Below, piece after piece: positions 1 to 14,779 of a stretch of 64,000 bases of DNA. The first letter of the stretch is position 1. Each line of letters begins with the position of its first letter. Made by a program: the position numbers and the translations under genes. The DNA is taken from positions 48,050,001 through 48,114,000 of the forward strand of contig NC_043000.1 in the NCBI RefSeq assembly GCF_006345805.1. The letters run 5' to 3'. The notes under the pieces were generated by a model. That model was not told the origin of the DNA, did no database searches, and saw only the letters and a program-made list of their open reading frames with translations. This DNA comes from Octopus sinensis (taxonomy: Eukaryota).

Positions 1-128
1 GTTTTTTACCTCTGCACCAAAAGGATTGTGTTGTCGTTGTTGTTGTTGTCGTAGTCGTCGTCGTCGTCGTCGTCGCTATTATTATTGTTATTTATTATTA
101 TTTATCATTATTATTATTATTATTATTA

Positions 129-177
<49 letters not shown>

Positions 178-997
178 TATATATAATATTATCCCTTTAT
201 ACCTATCAGAGAAAGTTATTACCATTCGGAATTCTTTCTCCTTGTCACCCCCCACCCATCACGATTAAAGGAAGAATTAATATTAAAAAAAATTACATAT
301 AACACAGTACACGAAGGAAACAACGTTATATATATATATTATATATATATATATTATATATATGTATATATATATACACACACGTATACACATTATATAC
401 AAGAGGAATTCATCAATTTAAAAACATTTAAAATTATAAGGTAAGTAACTAAACCATTCTGTACGGAAGAAATATTCTCTAGATTTCAATTCTTTTAAAA
501 CATGTGATTTTTTTTCTTTTTTAAATACCCCCAACCCATTTTTTTTTCTTTCTTATTATTATTTTTTTTTTTTTTGGTATTTTTTTTTTTTTTGCAGGAT
601 TAATTTAATATTTTCCTGTCAAATCCCTAACCCGAAAATATATTGTCTTCGTCTATTTGACTTTATTTATTTAAAAAAAAAAAACCCAAAAAAAACAGAG
701 AAAGATATAGAGAATTTGTATGTATAAAAAAAATTACAGTGTGAAATCCTAAAATATATCTTAACCGTTTCTATCTACTGCAAAAAACAAAAAAAAATAA
801 CAAAAACAAAAAAAAAAAAAATTACTTTTATAATTGAAAAAAAAAAGAAAAATAATAATAATAATGATAATTCAGATATTTGTCCTCATGAATTTATGCA
901 ACGTGATATATATATTATTCTTGTTATTGTTATTGTTGTACTTGACCATTCTCCTTATTACTTTCATTGTGACCACAATGACTTTTGTTAGTATATA

Positions 998-1028
<31 letters not shown>

Positions 1029-2575
1029 TCTTCTCATCCATGTCACACCTTTTTCTTTACAACATCAGGTTAAATAACTTGATGGTATTTTCATTAGTCA
1101 AAATAATAATTATCATTACATATATATCATTATGTGTGTGTGTGTTTGAATGTTGTGATATAACTATTAGTGTGTGTGTGTATGTGTATACAAGTATTAT
1201 ATATCACTATATAATATAATCATATATACATCGTTATACACACACATATATATATACACATACACACACATATATGATGCAGTAAAATTTGGCTGTAGTC
1301 GTTTTACCCCTTCTGTGTTTCTGTTTTTACTCCTCCCCACGCGTCATACCCGATCATATATCTCCATACACACACACACACACACACCACACACACACAC
1401 ACATGTATATGTATGTGTGTGTGTTTGTATGTGTATATGTATGTCTATATAAATTTGTTTGTATTCCAACACACATGTTTAAGAAGACGTTCAGATATGG
1501 ACGAACAGGTGTATGCACATTTGTGTATATAGGCGCGTGTGCGTGCATGTGCGTGTACGTGTGTGTTTGTATGTGTGTGTGTGTGTATATGTGTGTGTGT
1601 ATGCAAAACGATGTAATGAGGACCCGAGACTTTTAGTCCAAGCAGCCAATCAACCACTTATAAACCAACCACACCATAAGAATTTTTACTATCCATCACA
1701 CACACAGACGCCAATTCATTCCACACTTATTTATACGATGTGTGGAACTGAAAAGCATGGGTGCACAAAATGAGAAAGAAAGAAACAGAGAGAAAGGATG
1801 AGAATAAGAGAGAGAGAGAGACATAAACACACACACACACAGAGGAAGAGAAAGATTATGTGAGAGGGGGAGGGAGAAACGAAAGTGAAAGTAGATACAA
1901 ACATACAAACAGAAAACGAGGAAAAGTAAGTGAGCTACAGAAGCAAAACTAAATAAATAAATGTGGACGGGATTTAAATAAAGAAGACAACGAAATACAA
2001 ATGAATTCGTAGCTTATATATATAAGTGGTTTCTTGTTTGATATTTATTTTTTACATTTTTTTAAAACATTTATTTCATATATTTATTTGTTTGTTTGTT
2101 TCTTACACAATCGTGTGTGTTTATCGTTGCGATTTTAACTTGTCTTGTTGCGATACCCGTGAATTTAACAACATGTCTAGTATATAAAATGTTATATTTT
2201 CAATTAGCTTTCCTTTTTATCATTATTATCATCAGTATTATTATTATTATCATTATTATTATTATGACAAACAAAATGAAGAAAGCTAATACCGAATATG
2301 ATATTCTTTATCATTATTATTATTATTATTATTATTAGTTGTTGTTAGATTAATTTTTTTTCTTGGCCAGTTAATATTGTATTATTTAAGGAATTAAGAT
2401 ACAACCGTAATGTAGTAAATCTATATTCAAAGGAACCAATAAGCCTGCAACAACAACAACAACAACACCGACGACGATGACGACAGATAAGGAACTCGGG
2501 GAAATATACAATTTAGCACTGATATAATAATAGTTAAAAGGTGGTTAAAGTTTAGAAATAACTGCTATTTAAGCA

Positions 2576-2633
<58 letters not shown>

Positions 2634-3246
2634 TATATATGTACAAACATATATATATACATACATACATATATATATGTATGTGCGAGTGTAGGTAGGT
2701 AGCTTTGTAGGTAGGTGTATGTATGTATGAATTTTCGCCTTCAAACTTTATGTAGATGTAAAAATACGATGATGAAATAATGTGTACACGGAGGAGTTGC
2801 GGATGTATACGTTATACAGACGCACACATAACACATAATCACATCCAAATACACAGACACACACACACACATACACTTACATGCATACTCACAGAACTTA
2901 CTAGTTTACTGAAAAATAGATGTTATTGAAACGTTATACCTCCGTATGTATGTATGTATGTGTGTATGTATGTACATATAGATGGATGTACGTATTATGT
3001 TGAGATATATATATATATATATAGGTTATAAAATGAGATAGGGGTTGAAAATATATATGATTATACACTATACACTGATGTGTGAGTAAACACATGCACA
3101 TATGTAAAATATAACGGAGATAAATATAAAATTCCATATAATTCTGCTTCGTGTACATATATATATATGATATAATATATATATATATATGATAGATATA
3201 TTATATATATCATATAATATGATTTATATAATATATGATTTATACA

Positions 3247-3277
<31 letters not shown>

Positions 3278-3384
3278 GATATATATATTATATATATATG
3301 ATATATATATATTATATATAATATATATATATTATATATATATTATATATATCATATATATATTATATAAATCATATATATATG

Positions 3385-3438
<54 letters not shown>

Positions 3439-4007
3439 CCACACATAAATGGTTTCATATAGAAAAAAACGGACATTTTAATACATACATACATACATAC
3501 ATACATACGATGTGAATGTAGCATATATACGTATATATATATATATATATATACATCGTTATGAATTTTTATTCGTTACACACACACACACACACACACA
3601 GATATTTTATTTCATCATTCCCCCCCACCTCTATAGTTTTTATACTCTTTTTAACCGGCATCATGCTGGTTCTATATAGAACCTAAGGTGAACAATAGAG
3701 ATAGAGAGTGACAGAGAGAAAGAGATAAAGAGGGATGGTAGGTATTTCTTTCACTTGTTTGTCAAGAATCTAAAGTTTAAACGTGTAGCAGCGACGATAA
3801 TGAAAGCTAAAGTCGAAACTGCAAAAGGCCTAACAGCTGATTGTAAAGAAACATACGTTGCATGTCCTCGTATTTCCAAATTCGCGATGAGTGATGGGTG
3901 ATTTATTAAAGCCACGATGAATAATGAATAATGATATAACACACCCCGCTATAGTGTAATAATAAGTCAAGTGGGGTAGCATGAAGTTGGGTATCTAGAG
4001 GAATGTC

Positions 4008-4012
<5 letters not shown>

Positions 4013-4058
<46 letters not shown>

Positions 4059-4114
4059 ACTGCGTTAACAAAACAAACTGAAAAAGTATCGATGATTAAT
4101 GTAGGTACAAAAAC

Positions 4115-4180
<66 letters not shown>

Positions 4181-4551
4181 ATATATGTAGTGTGTGTATA
4201 TGTATGTATATATATGTAGTGTGTGTATGTGTATGTATATATATGTAGTGTGTGTATGTGTATATATATATATGTAGTGTGTGTATATGTATGTATATAT
4301 ATGTAGTGTGTGTATATGTATGTATATATATGTAGTGTGTGTATATGTATGTATATATATGTGAGTGTGTGCATGTGTGTGTATATGTTTGTATGTATAT
4401 ATATGTGCATGTATATTTATATATATGTATGTACATATATACACTATATATGTAGGTATATATATATATCTATGTATAACTATATAGATACATACATGCA
4501 TACATATACACATATATACATGCATATATATATATATATACAGATATACAC

Positions 4552-4583
<32 letters not shown>

Positions 4584-4600
4584 GTACATATTGTGTGTAT
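4013..4600. repeat. (GT)n, (AT)n and ~28-bp TATATATATGTAGTGTGTGTATATGTATG tandem units
   Basis: Direct reading. Confidence 0.9.
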
Positions 4601-4689
4601 GTGTATGCATTTGTAATTTGTACTTAAGGAAACATCTTCTAACTAAGAAAATATTTACTACCTCTACCTAATAAAAAGAAGAAGAAAAA

Positions 4690-4821
4690 AACTAATAATA
4701 ATAATAATATGGATTCGCGTCGGGTGGGAAGGATTGAGCGTGTCTAGAACAAGCAGTAGTCATTCTGGTGCTGACGGCTTTGGGTAATAATAATCCCTAG
4801 AAAAATACTAATAATAGCAGC

Positions 4822-4853
<32 letters not shown>

Positions 4854-5150
4854 TAACGACTACTGCAGCTACTATTATTTTTCTTTAGTTGCCACAAGGG
4901 CGACAATGGTTGATAATCCGTGAAAGGAGGCACATGGCAAAACCGGGAAGGAACAGAATGTTTGCGCGTGTCTGCGTATGTGTGTGTGTGTGTGTGTGTG
5001 TGTATTTGTGTGTGTGTGTGTGTGGTATGATGTGTGAGCCTGGGGTCGGGTGGGGTGGGGGCGGCGGAAGGCGAATTATGCGGTGACGGGAAAAAAGGAG
5101 TTGTTGTTATTATTAATATTATTAATGCCGGTGGCGACTTCCTTGTGCCA
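4690..5150. promoter_or_regulatory. CpG/GC-rich unique patch, possible regulatory element
   Basis: Locally high CpG content and a GGGGCGG GC-box-like motif at about 5057-5063 in an otherwise AT-rich background. No functional evidence. Confidence 0.2.
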
Positions 5151-5312
5151 AAAATTTGAAACAAAGATTATTACTAATATTAATGGTTAAAAATGAACAA
5201 AATAATTATGATGATGATGATGATGATATCTTTAATTACCACAAAATCAACAGCGGACGATGAGTTGGGGTGTGTACGCAAAACAGTAATAATAATAATA
5301 ATAATAATAATG

Positions 5313-5488
5313 ATCCTTTCTACTGGAGACACAAAGCCTCAGATTTGGTGGTGGTTGGGCACTAAGTCGATCATATCGACCCCAGTGTTTCAATGGTACT
5401 TAATTTATCGACCCCGAAAGGATAAAAAGGAAAGTCGACCTCGGCGGAATTTGAACGCAAAACGTAAAGATGGGTGAAATGTCGCTAA
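5313..5488 (-). mobile_element. SINE family C (family A head/core with a different tail), CpG-retaining copy
   Basis: GTCGACCTCGGCGGAATTTGAAC core shared with family A; flanked by (TAA)n. Confidence 0.8.
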
Positions 5489-6105
5489 TAATAATAATAA
5501 TAATAATGATGATGATGATGATGAAGATAGAAAAATAGGAGAATTTGCATTCAAATCGAATCGTTTAGAAATGAAATGATTTTGAAAAATAACAATGAGG
5601 AAATAAAAAAATAAAAGCTTAAATACCATCTCTCTATCTCTGATACATACACACACGCATAGGCACACGTGCCCGTGTTTCCTAAACTGTACAACAACAA
5701 CACAGGAAGAAATAACCAGGTACTTAAATAAAAACAGCTCCCAATACATGCTTCCCCACCATCCATATCGCCTAAAAAAGTAAATAAATAAATAAAATTT
5801 CCAAGAAGACCCCTTTGAGATAATTTCCCTTATATTTAATGTGTTGAGATTTTGAATGAGTATGTCTGTCAGCCTGTCTGTCTGTATTTCAGTTTCGAAA
5901 TTCGGTTTAAGAATATCCTGTATAATATCATACCGAGCAAAGTTTTATTTCAATAAAGTATACACGGAATACAAGATATAAACGATAAAGTCGTAAAGAC
6001 AGTAGTATCGCTTTGATAAAATCGAGAATTTTTAACTAACTTAAGACTTATCGTATAAGTGTGAAGTAAAGTAACCGATAGTATATATATATATATATAT
6101 ATATA

Positions 6106-6169
<64 letters not shown>

Positions 6170-6541
6170 ATACGAGAGACATTTGGTATCAATATAAATA
6201 TATTGTGAGAGTGACTGTTGTTGAAATAAACGGTATGTTTGTAGCATAGCTGTAAGATTGGTGATGTATCAATCAAAGTGATGAAAATGAGAAATAGTGG
6301 CCTGTATGTTGTGAATCTGTTAGTGTGTGTCATGTCGCACTTTATCGGATACTGAAAATATGTATTGAGAACGGAGCAGACTATATATATATATATATAT
6401 ATATTGATAAAGAAGGGAGGTGGATGGATATGTAGATCGATAGAGACATAGTCATACATACATACAAATGAGAATAGAAAGTAGAGATTGCAAAAACTTA
6501 TTGAGGGCGATACATAGCCAATTCATATATATATATATATA

Positions 6542-6593
<52 letters not shown>

Positions 6594-7005
6594 GGGAATG
6601 AAAGAGATTGCTTAAAGATAGATATGTGAATGATCGAACCGCTAAATATATCAATATTGATAGGCTTGGAGTTGTACAGATAGATAGAGATATTGAAAGA
6701 TAGATAGGTAGATTGAGAGATTGATAGATAGATTGATAGAGAGATAGATAAAGAGATAGAGAGATTGATATATAGGGAGATAGATAGATAGATAGATAGG
6801 TCGATGTTAAGACATTCGATTAAAAAGTGCTACTTGCTGGTTTTGTTTTGTTGTTCGTTTTCTATCTCTTAACACAAATACTCCTTAATCATCTGAAGAA
6901 TTTCAAGAAGCAGAACCTTGATTTTTGGGGAGTTTTTTTTTTTATCCTCTTTTATTTTCCTTGAACGAATTTAAAATTATGGCCTTAACGTTTGCATCAA
7001 ATAGA

Positions 7006-7293
7006 ATGTATGTATGTATGTATGTATGTATGTATGTATGTATGTATGTATGTATGTATGTATGTATGTATGTATGTATGTATGTATGAACGCGTGTGTG
7101 TGCATGTGTGCGTATATATTATTCATTTTCGTGTTGCCTGATTTGAACGCACGTGGTGCTTGCAAAGCTGAGAGTTGCAGCACCGTCAGTGAATCAACAT
7201 CCTCAACTGATAAACGTATTGAGTACGTTTCCTTTTCCTTTGTAAACAGAACCAACCCTAACTCACCCCTACATACATACATACATACATATA

Positions 7294-7330
<37 letters not shown>

Positions 7331-7800
7331 ATATATATATATATATATATAATATATATATATATATATGTGTGTGTATATATATATATGTGTATATGTG
7401 TGTATATATATATATGTGTGTATATGTGTGTATATATATATATGTGTGTATATATATATATGTTGTGTATATATATATATATGTGTATATATATATATGT
7501 GTATATGTGTGTATATATATATATATTGTGTATATATGTATATATATATATGTGTGTGTATATATGTATATATATATATGTTGTGTATATATGTATATAT
7601 ATATGTATATATATGTATATATATATATATGTGTATATATGTATATATATATATATGTGTATATATGTATATATAATATATATATGTGTATATATGTATA
7701 TATATATATATGTGTATATGTATATATATGTGTATATATGTATATATATATATATGTGTATATATATATATATATATATGTGTATATATGTATATATATA

Positions 7801-7831
<31 letters not shown>

Positions 7832-7950
7832 GTGTATATATGTATATATATATATATGTGTATATATGTATATATATATATATATATATATGCATGCACA
7901 CATATATGTATGTATATATGCATGTGTCTAGGCGCGTGTATATATATATA
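7006..7950. repeat. Microsatellite field: (TATG)n then long degenerate (TA)n/(TG)n
   Basis: Direct reading; explains the YIYIY/VYVY ORFs. Confidence 0.95.
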
Positions 7951-8470
7951 TTTAAGAGGCAATGCGTGAGTATGGCGCAAACGTCACACACACACGCACG
8001 CACAGAGGTGAGAGACGGGCAGTCAGCCAGACCGAATGAGGTAATGAGGAAAGCGTTAAAACGAACCGGTGATCTAGTGACAAGGATTGAAAGAACGTAA
8101 GAGGCAATGCGTTTAACACAAGAACTGCATCAATATTTGCTGCTGTTATTATATTCTTATTGCTATTATTGTTTTTTATTGCCGCTTGTTCTACGACGAT
8201 GTAGTTGGCGCTGTTGTGTTTTGATATTTACGCTTTGTTGATTTGGTCTTCCTTGGATTTTTCTCTGCTATATTTGTCTGATTACTTTTTCGTTCGTTTC
8301 ATATATTTTTTTTTTTTTTTTGGTATTATCTTATCTTATCTTACTCTACTTTTTTTTTCTTCCCCCAAAAATCGAAATCTTTCAATGTATTTATGTATGT
8401 ATGTATGTATGTATACACATGCACACATATATTTATATACTCACTCACACAAAACATGCATATCTCTTTG

Positions 8471-8516
<46 letters not shown>

Positions 8517-8517
<1 letters not shown>

Positions 8518-8665
8518 TCCGCCGAGGTTGACTTTGCCTTTCATCCTTTCGGGGTCGATAAATAAAGTACCAGTTTCGCACTGGGGTCGATGTAATCGAC
8601 TTAATCCATTTGTCTGTCCTTGTTTGTCCCCTCTGTGTTTAGCCCCTTGTGGGTAATAAAGAAAC
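8517..8665 (+). mobile_element. SINE family A, 5'-truncated
   Basis: TTCCGCCGAGGTTGACTTTGCC...GTAATAAAGAAA. Confidence 0.85.
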
Positions 8666-8677
8666 ATATATATATAT

Positions 8678-8802
8678 ACTCTCTTTTACTTGTTTCAGTC
8701 ATTTGACTGCGGCCGTGCTGGAGCACCGCCTTTAGTCGAGCAAATCGACCCCAGGACTTATTCTTTGTAAGCCCAGTACTTATTCTATCGGTCTCTTTTG
8801 CC
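8678..8802 (-). mobile_element. SINE family B 3' part
   Basis: Reverse complement of the tail of 37046-37422. Confidence 0.85.
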
Positions 8803-9423
8803 ATATATATATATATTCTAATACTTTGGTCGTATTCCTTCCTTCCTCTGCGTTCCTTGTTTCTGCAATTCCTTCCTCTCTCTCTCCTCCATTTATTTCT
8901 TCTTCATGCGCGTCGGTGTGTGTGTGTGTGTGTGTGTGTGAGCGCGTGTGTATACTTTCCTTGTTCTTGATTGTTTTTAGTGAACGTTTTCAAAACAAAT
9001 CGACAATTCTACTTTCACTTTCCCTTTTATCGTTTTCTTCCTACCTCTCTCTGTCTTCTATAAATCTCCCTCCTTCTCTCTTTCTTCTCTCTCTCCCTCT
9101 CTCTCTCTCTTAATCTCCTCGTAGAATGACGAAATAAAGTACATAAAATTTTTCCCAAAAATTTTACATGCCACGAATGAAAATAGCGATAAAACCAAAC
9201 ACAAGACTATATTCTAGAAAAAAAGGTAACGAAAAAAAAAAAGAAGATTCAATAACAAATAATAATAATAATAATATTGATAATAATAATAATAATAAAT
9301 ATATACAAAACAAGACCACCGAAAAGAAATAAAAACAAGCGATAAAACAGATTCAAGTGCGCAAAATGAAGTAAGTCCATGGCTTTAACAACCACGCACG
9401 CACATACATACAAACACACTATT

Positions 9424-9481
<58 letters not shown>

Positions 9482-10479
9482 ATATATGTATGTATATGTA
9501 TGTATGCATATTTATATTTTTTTTTAAATGCAACATTATTGGTGAAGTTTGTTACCATTTTCGGAAACTGCAGATGCTGTTAGTGTGTGACTAAACATTT
9601 GTCGACAATAGTCAGTTTATATAATAATAGCAAAACTCGGTCTTCCATGAGCAGCACTGTACTCACGCGTCAGTGTGTGTGTGTGTATGTGTGTTTGTGT
9701 ATGGTGAGAGAACAAATAAGCCAATAAATAAACTGTGAGAACCTGTATACCTATCTATGGCTGTATAGTACGTACACCTTATACATATATAGATATATAT
9801 ATAGATACATACAAGCTTATGTACATATGCTTACAGACATGCTTCACATGTAGATGTGTTCACATAAAAGCATATACATAAACATATAGACATACAGATA
9901 GATAGATAGATATATACTGAAAGTAGAGATGGAGTGTATATCTATGTATGTATGAACCTACGTATTTGTATATACCTATATTTCATGTATATATGTATAA
10001 TATAGTCGTGTGCTTGTGTATTTGTATACGTATGTTTACATGTATACGAACGTACTTATATATGAATATATACGTATATGTGCGTGTACACCTGTATGTA
10101 TGTATGTTTAAATTTATGTGTATGCATATATGCATTTATGGATCTCTGTATATGTGTGCATATATGTATGTACATGTATGCCGTGTATGAATGTTATGGT
10201 ATGAAACAAGATTGTGTTATGAGGAAAGAGAGAGACTGACTGACTGACTGCATACAGTATACAAAATATCACCAAAATACAATGACATTTTCAAACTGGC
10301 AGAGGCGATGAGGCATCGTTGAAGTTTGTGCCAAGCATCTGTGGCAAGCGAGAGCCATCTAACCAACCAGACAGCAAACCAACCAACCCTATCGTTGTGG
10401 TTTGACACACTCAAACGACAGTGTAGATTGGCAGGAAGGTCGGTAGTTAGGTAGATAAATAGAGAACTGGAAAGATAGC

Positions 10480-10860
10480 TGGATAGACAGAAAGATGGAA
10501 AAGTAGAGAGATGGACGATAGAAAGAGAGATAGATGGATAGATAGATAGATGGATGGATGGATAGAGAAATGGATTGACAGACTGATAGATAGATGGATA
10601 GACTGACAGACTGATAGATAAATGGATAGACTGACAGACTGATAGATAGATGGATAGACTGACAGATAGATAGACTGACAGATAGATGGATAGATAGATA
10701 GATGGATAGACAGATAGATAGATGGATAGACTGACAGATAGATAGATGGATAGACTGACAGATAGATAGATGGATAGACTGACAGATAGATAGATAGATA
10801 GGTAGATAGATGGATAGATAGATAGATTGATAGAGAAATGGATAGACAGACTGACTGAGA
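10480..10860. repeat. (GATA/GACA/GACT)n compound tetranucleotide satellite
   Basis: Direct reading; similar tract at 19795-20045. Confidence 0.9.
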
Positions 10861-11747
10861 GAGGGATAGATAGATTTTGATCTGATGTGGTTGTGGTGGG
10901 TAGTAAATAGTTCAAATATATATCTAGGACTGACTAATATTTTCAAAATATCGATCCCAGAAGGATGAAATGCAAAAGCCTTCCTCGGTGAGATTCGAAC
11001 TTCGCAACACGAACTATAATAATATTGATGTGTAACCTAGACATTAAATCACATACTTTTGAGGGATGGATATAGATGATTATGTCGATCTTAATCAGCC
11101 TCGGTAGCTATCTGGTTTTTTCTTTATATTTCCCAGAGGGATGAATGCGAAAATTGATTGGTGAGGATTTGAACCACTTATGTTTACGATAGAAATATAA
11201 ATATTGATATAAATATTATTTCTTCGACACGAAGCAACAGACCTGTCGCCAGGTTTTGGTGTCTGAGGGTGCTTCAAAATATTCTGGGTGGGCACTAATT
11301 TGTAATCATGTTAAAGTGGAGTTTCGAAATTAATGTGTCACTGTAAATCTAGAGTGAACCATCGAATAGAGAGAGGGGACAATACCGTCTAAGTGCACCC
11401 CACTTAGCGACGAGCATGGGACACAGTATTTGAGTGAAAAAGCATTAATAGATTAATCTACCCCAATTACGAGATTTGTAGTTTATTTTTGTCAGTTATG
11501 GAAAAGATGAAAGCCAAGTCGACCTCTGTGCGATTTAAAACTCAGAAAGTAAACAGAAAATATTGCTGTAATAATGATTCGTAAGTTGAGACAGACGACC
11601 ACTGATTTTCAGGGAAGGCTTTGTATTCGTTTTATATCTGTCTCAGGACATCTCTGGCACTTAAATTTTATTGATCCTGAAGAAACGGAATCCAATTCAG
11701 CCTCAGCGGATTTGAACTCGCTGGAAAATATAGGTATTATATATATT

Positions 11748-12230
11748 GGTTTCAAATTTTGGCACAAGGCCAGCAATTTGGGGGAAGGAGTTAATCTATT
11801 ACATCGACCTCCACCTCAGTGTTCCACTGGTGCTTATCTTATCGACCTCGAAATGATGAATGGTAAAGTCGACCTCGGTAGCATAAAAGACGGACGAAAT
11901 GCCGCTAAGCATTTTGCTCGACGTGCTAACGACTCTGCCAGCTCTCTGCTTTAAATATAGATATAGTCTTTTCTACTATAAGACAGAAGGCCTGTGCGTG
12001 ACTGATACCGAATTCATCGTCTCCGAATGAATGAAATGCAAAATCGACCTCGGCGGAATTTGAACTCAGACCGTAAGGACGGACGAAATATAGATATGAT
12101 AACATTGATATTTTCTAAATTAAGACACAAGGGCTCTAACATTGAGCGGAATCATGTGCTTGATAATATCCACCATAGTATATAACTGGCACTTTATTTT
12201 ATAGACCTCCAAAGAATAAAAGGCAAATAA
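11748..12230 (-). mobile_element. Cluster of SINE family C copies
   Basis: TTCAAATTTTGGCACAAGGCCAGC...CTGCCAGCTC at 11748-11950, plus partial copies at about 11975-12090 and 12110-12230. Confidence 0.8.
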
Positions 12231-12231
12231 T

Positions 12232-14650
12232 AATATTGATAACAACAGGTATTTTTCACAATATCTCAAAGACATTCGTTTTGGAGTGCTACCATCACTG
12301 TGGCAAACACGTCTTCCTGCTACTTATAAGCCGGCCATCCTGCTATCTTTGGGCAACTGAAGTCGCCCGTCAGCAAATTTTGCGTCTGGTGGTGCAAGTC
12401 GTGTTCCACATCCTCTAGGCAGATACTTTTCGTGTAATGATTAACTTTTTGTGTGGTTTTCATCGACAGCCGACCACGTGGGTATCTTTTGAACTCTTTC
12501 CGTTTCTTCAATTATTACGTCTAACTTTGTATTTTCCATTATCTCTTTAAGATTAAAGCTGCTCTTACAAACGTCTGTGAAGCTCTAGTAGTCTCGATGG
12601 GTTTCTAACTTGTACATTCTATTTGTCTTAATTTCTGGATTCTTCTTTTTTTCTTATATAATTTATAATACCTTCACTGTTCCCGACAATTTACCAGCCC
12701 TGTCTATTGTTCTCCTCCTCTTTGTTCCAAGATAATGAGGCCGAATTTCTACTGTTGGTTAAAACTAACAGAACTAAAGACGAAGTGATCCCTTCCTCTA
12801 TTTCCGAATATCCAACTGGTGGTGGTTTAAGAAAAGGAATTTCTGCGACCTATTGATTATGTTGTTGCTGTTTTCTCTATATCGGTTTATCAAGTTCTTT
12901 CCCTCTAAAATCATTACTGCTTCACGTGTATCAGTTGGGTTTTGTATTCTAATTGCTTTTCTTTCTGCACTTACGAAAAACCACTGCTCTTCAATGATCC
13001 GGTGGCATTCAGTTATCATTATGTCTTGCATTTCCATGCAGACTTTGCCAATTATATAACGTTTATTGTTGTTTTGGCGTTCATCTGCTGCCTGTTATGA
13101 CCCACAATTATGACTATGAGCCAACGGCAAACACCACAAATTTCCTTCACTGTGAACTCTCGTATTATGCCATCCATATTGCAATTGAGTCTTTGAGCTG
13201 GTGTATATAGCTCCACACGTCAGCCAAGCTGCACCTGTTGTTGCTTTAAGATTATAAGGAAAATTACTGTAGCTTTGGCCATGCAGAAATATTTACTTTT
13301 CGCCCTATCACTTCGTAGATAAAGACCTCTGGCGGCTGTTTATGCTGGATACAAACTTTTCTTAAGTAAATATTTTCTCAGTTTTGTTTCTCGTATTCAC
13401 TACTTCTTTGTTATTAGCAACGCTAGCGAAGTAATTATTGACAAAAATCTTCTGTATAGTTAAAAATAAGTATATACATCAAATGTCGATCATCTTCATG
13501 GTCCTAGTACTTATGCCCCACTCCTTTTTCAGTCAACATGTTACGTTCCATGGTTTCTTCTGGTAATATTCAATGAAATAAACAAGTTTTCTGCTTTCGT
13601 AACACCATAAATTTCCGTTTCAGACACACACCGAGGATGAACGCATCTTCGTAAGGACCATCATTCTTTCTCTTCTTTTTTTTTCTATTTGCTTCCATTC
13701 TTCACGTTTGCTCAACCAATTCTGTATCCCCCTCTCTTTATTACCAGACAAATGAGTAGCACTATAAGTCGAAGCCGTTGGTCGATTTTGTGCTAGTGGC
13801 AGAAATCCCTCGGTTTCTGGGTTGTTATAGACTCCCTGATGTAGCAGCACCGAGGAAGGCAAGGTGATTTTATTTGCTTCAATTTTCTTACTTCTCAGAT
13901 CTGTGAGTGATAAATCTTTGGAAATAGTGATCGCAAAGTTTCCACACGTTCTGTTGTTTTATTTCCACTTCATCTGGTGTCATCATCTGTAACCCTTTCT
14001 TTTCTTCTACCTTCCATCTTCTTTCAAACAGATGACCGTTCAGTATCTATTACCACCACGCATGTAATGAGTAGGCCTTCTAAACCACCTATCTAACTGC
14101 TATTCTCTCTTTCAATAGGGATCAGCTATGACATATCTTAGAGATTTAAGGAAGTCATTAGAACCCGAATGTCAATGCATATCCAAAGACTTGCATACTT
14201 ATTGATCCAGCTTGTCTTTGGAAATTGGTAATGAGTCAAGAGTTGATATTTGTGCCAATATTTATGGTTGTAATTCTGATTTGTCAAAGTTTTGTTTATT
14301 GCAACACAAACCTTTGAACAGGTTTGTAGCATACCAATTCCACCTGTATCAATACTTAGCCCTTGCTTTCAAAAACCAGGCACTTGCTTTCATGACCTAT
14401 TTTGTTCAGTGGAAGATACATTTTATATATTGGTCAGGGTCTCATTCAGCTCTTCCTTTGATGATATATGGAAGCCCAATCTGGTTGTGTTTGATTTCTC
14501 TTTCTTTTACAAACAAGGATGTCACCTTCCTCCTTGTTTTTTCCATGATGAACTTGTTTGAGTAAGGAGGCACTATCTTTTGTAGCATATCTCATCCACA
14601 ACATTTCCTATTCTTTGATTGGTTCAAATCAAGCTATTCTGTTTTTTTTT
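12232..14650 (-). mobile_element. Heavily decayed RLE-type (Hero/NeSL-like) non-LTR retrotransposon
   Basis: Minus frames with many stops: KVTSLFVKEREIK..YIKCIF, NFDKSEL, GNKERGI..W..KKRRERMMV, GHN, FFVSAERK. The order matches the RT thumb to RLE region of Hero-like elements. Family assigned from memory of motifs only. Confidence 0.45.
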
Positions 14651-14779
14651 TCCCACAGAGTGAGCAAACGATGATGGAATGTTGATGCTGTCATTATTTT
14701 CTTGCATGCCTCTCCTATTTGAATTATTTTCTTTCTAGCACTAAAATGCTTTATGCCTTAAATGTTAAGAACATTATAA

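Noticed and set aside
2900-2940. Hammerhead-like CTGAAAA...GAAACGTTA
   Set aside because: G8 is missing, helix II is only weak A-T pairs, and there is no helix I complement.
6977-8100. Long ORFs of 200-300 aa (YIYIY/VYVY), also at 4.0-4.6, 10.2-10.9, 30.6-31.1, 43.5-44.0 and 48.5-48.8 kb
   Set aside because: These are translations of microsatellites that lack stop codons by composition.
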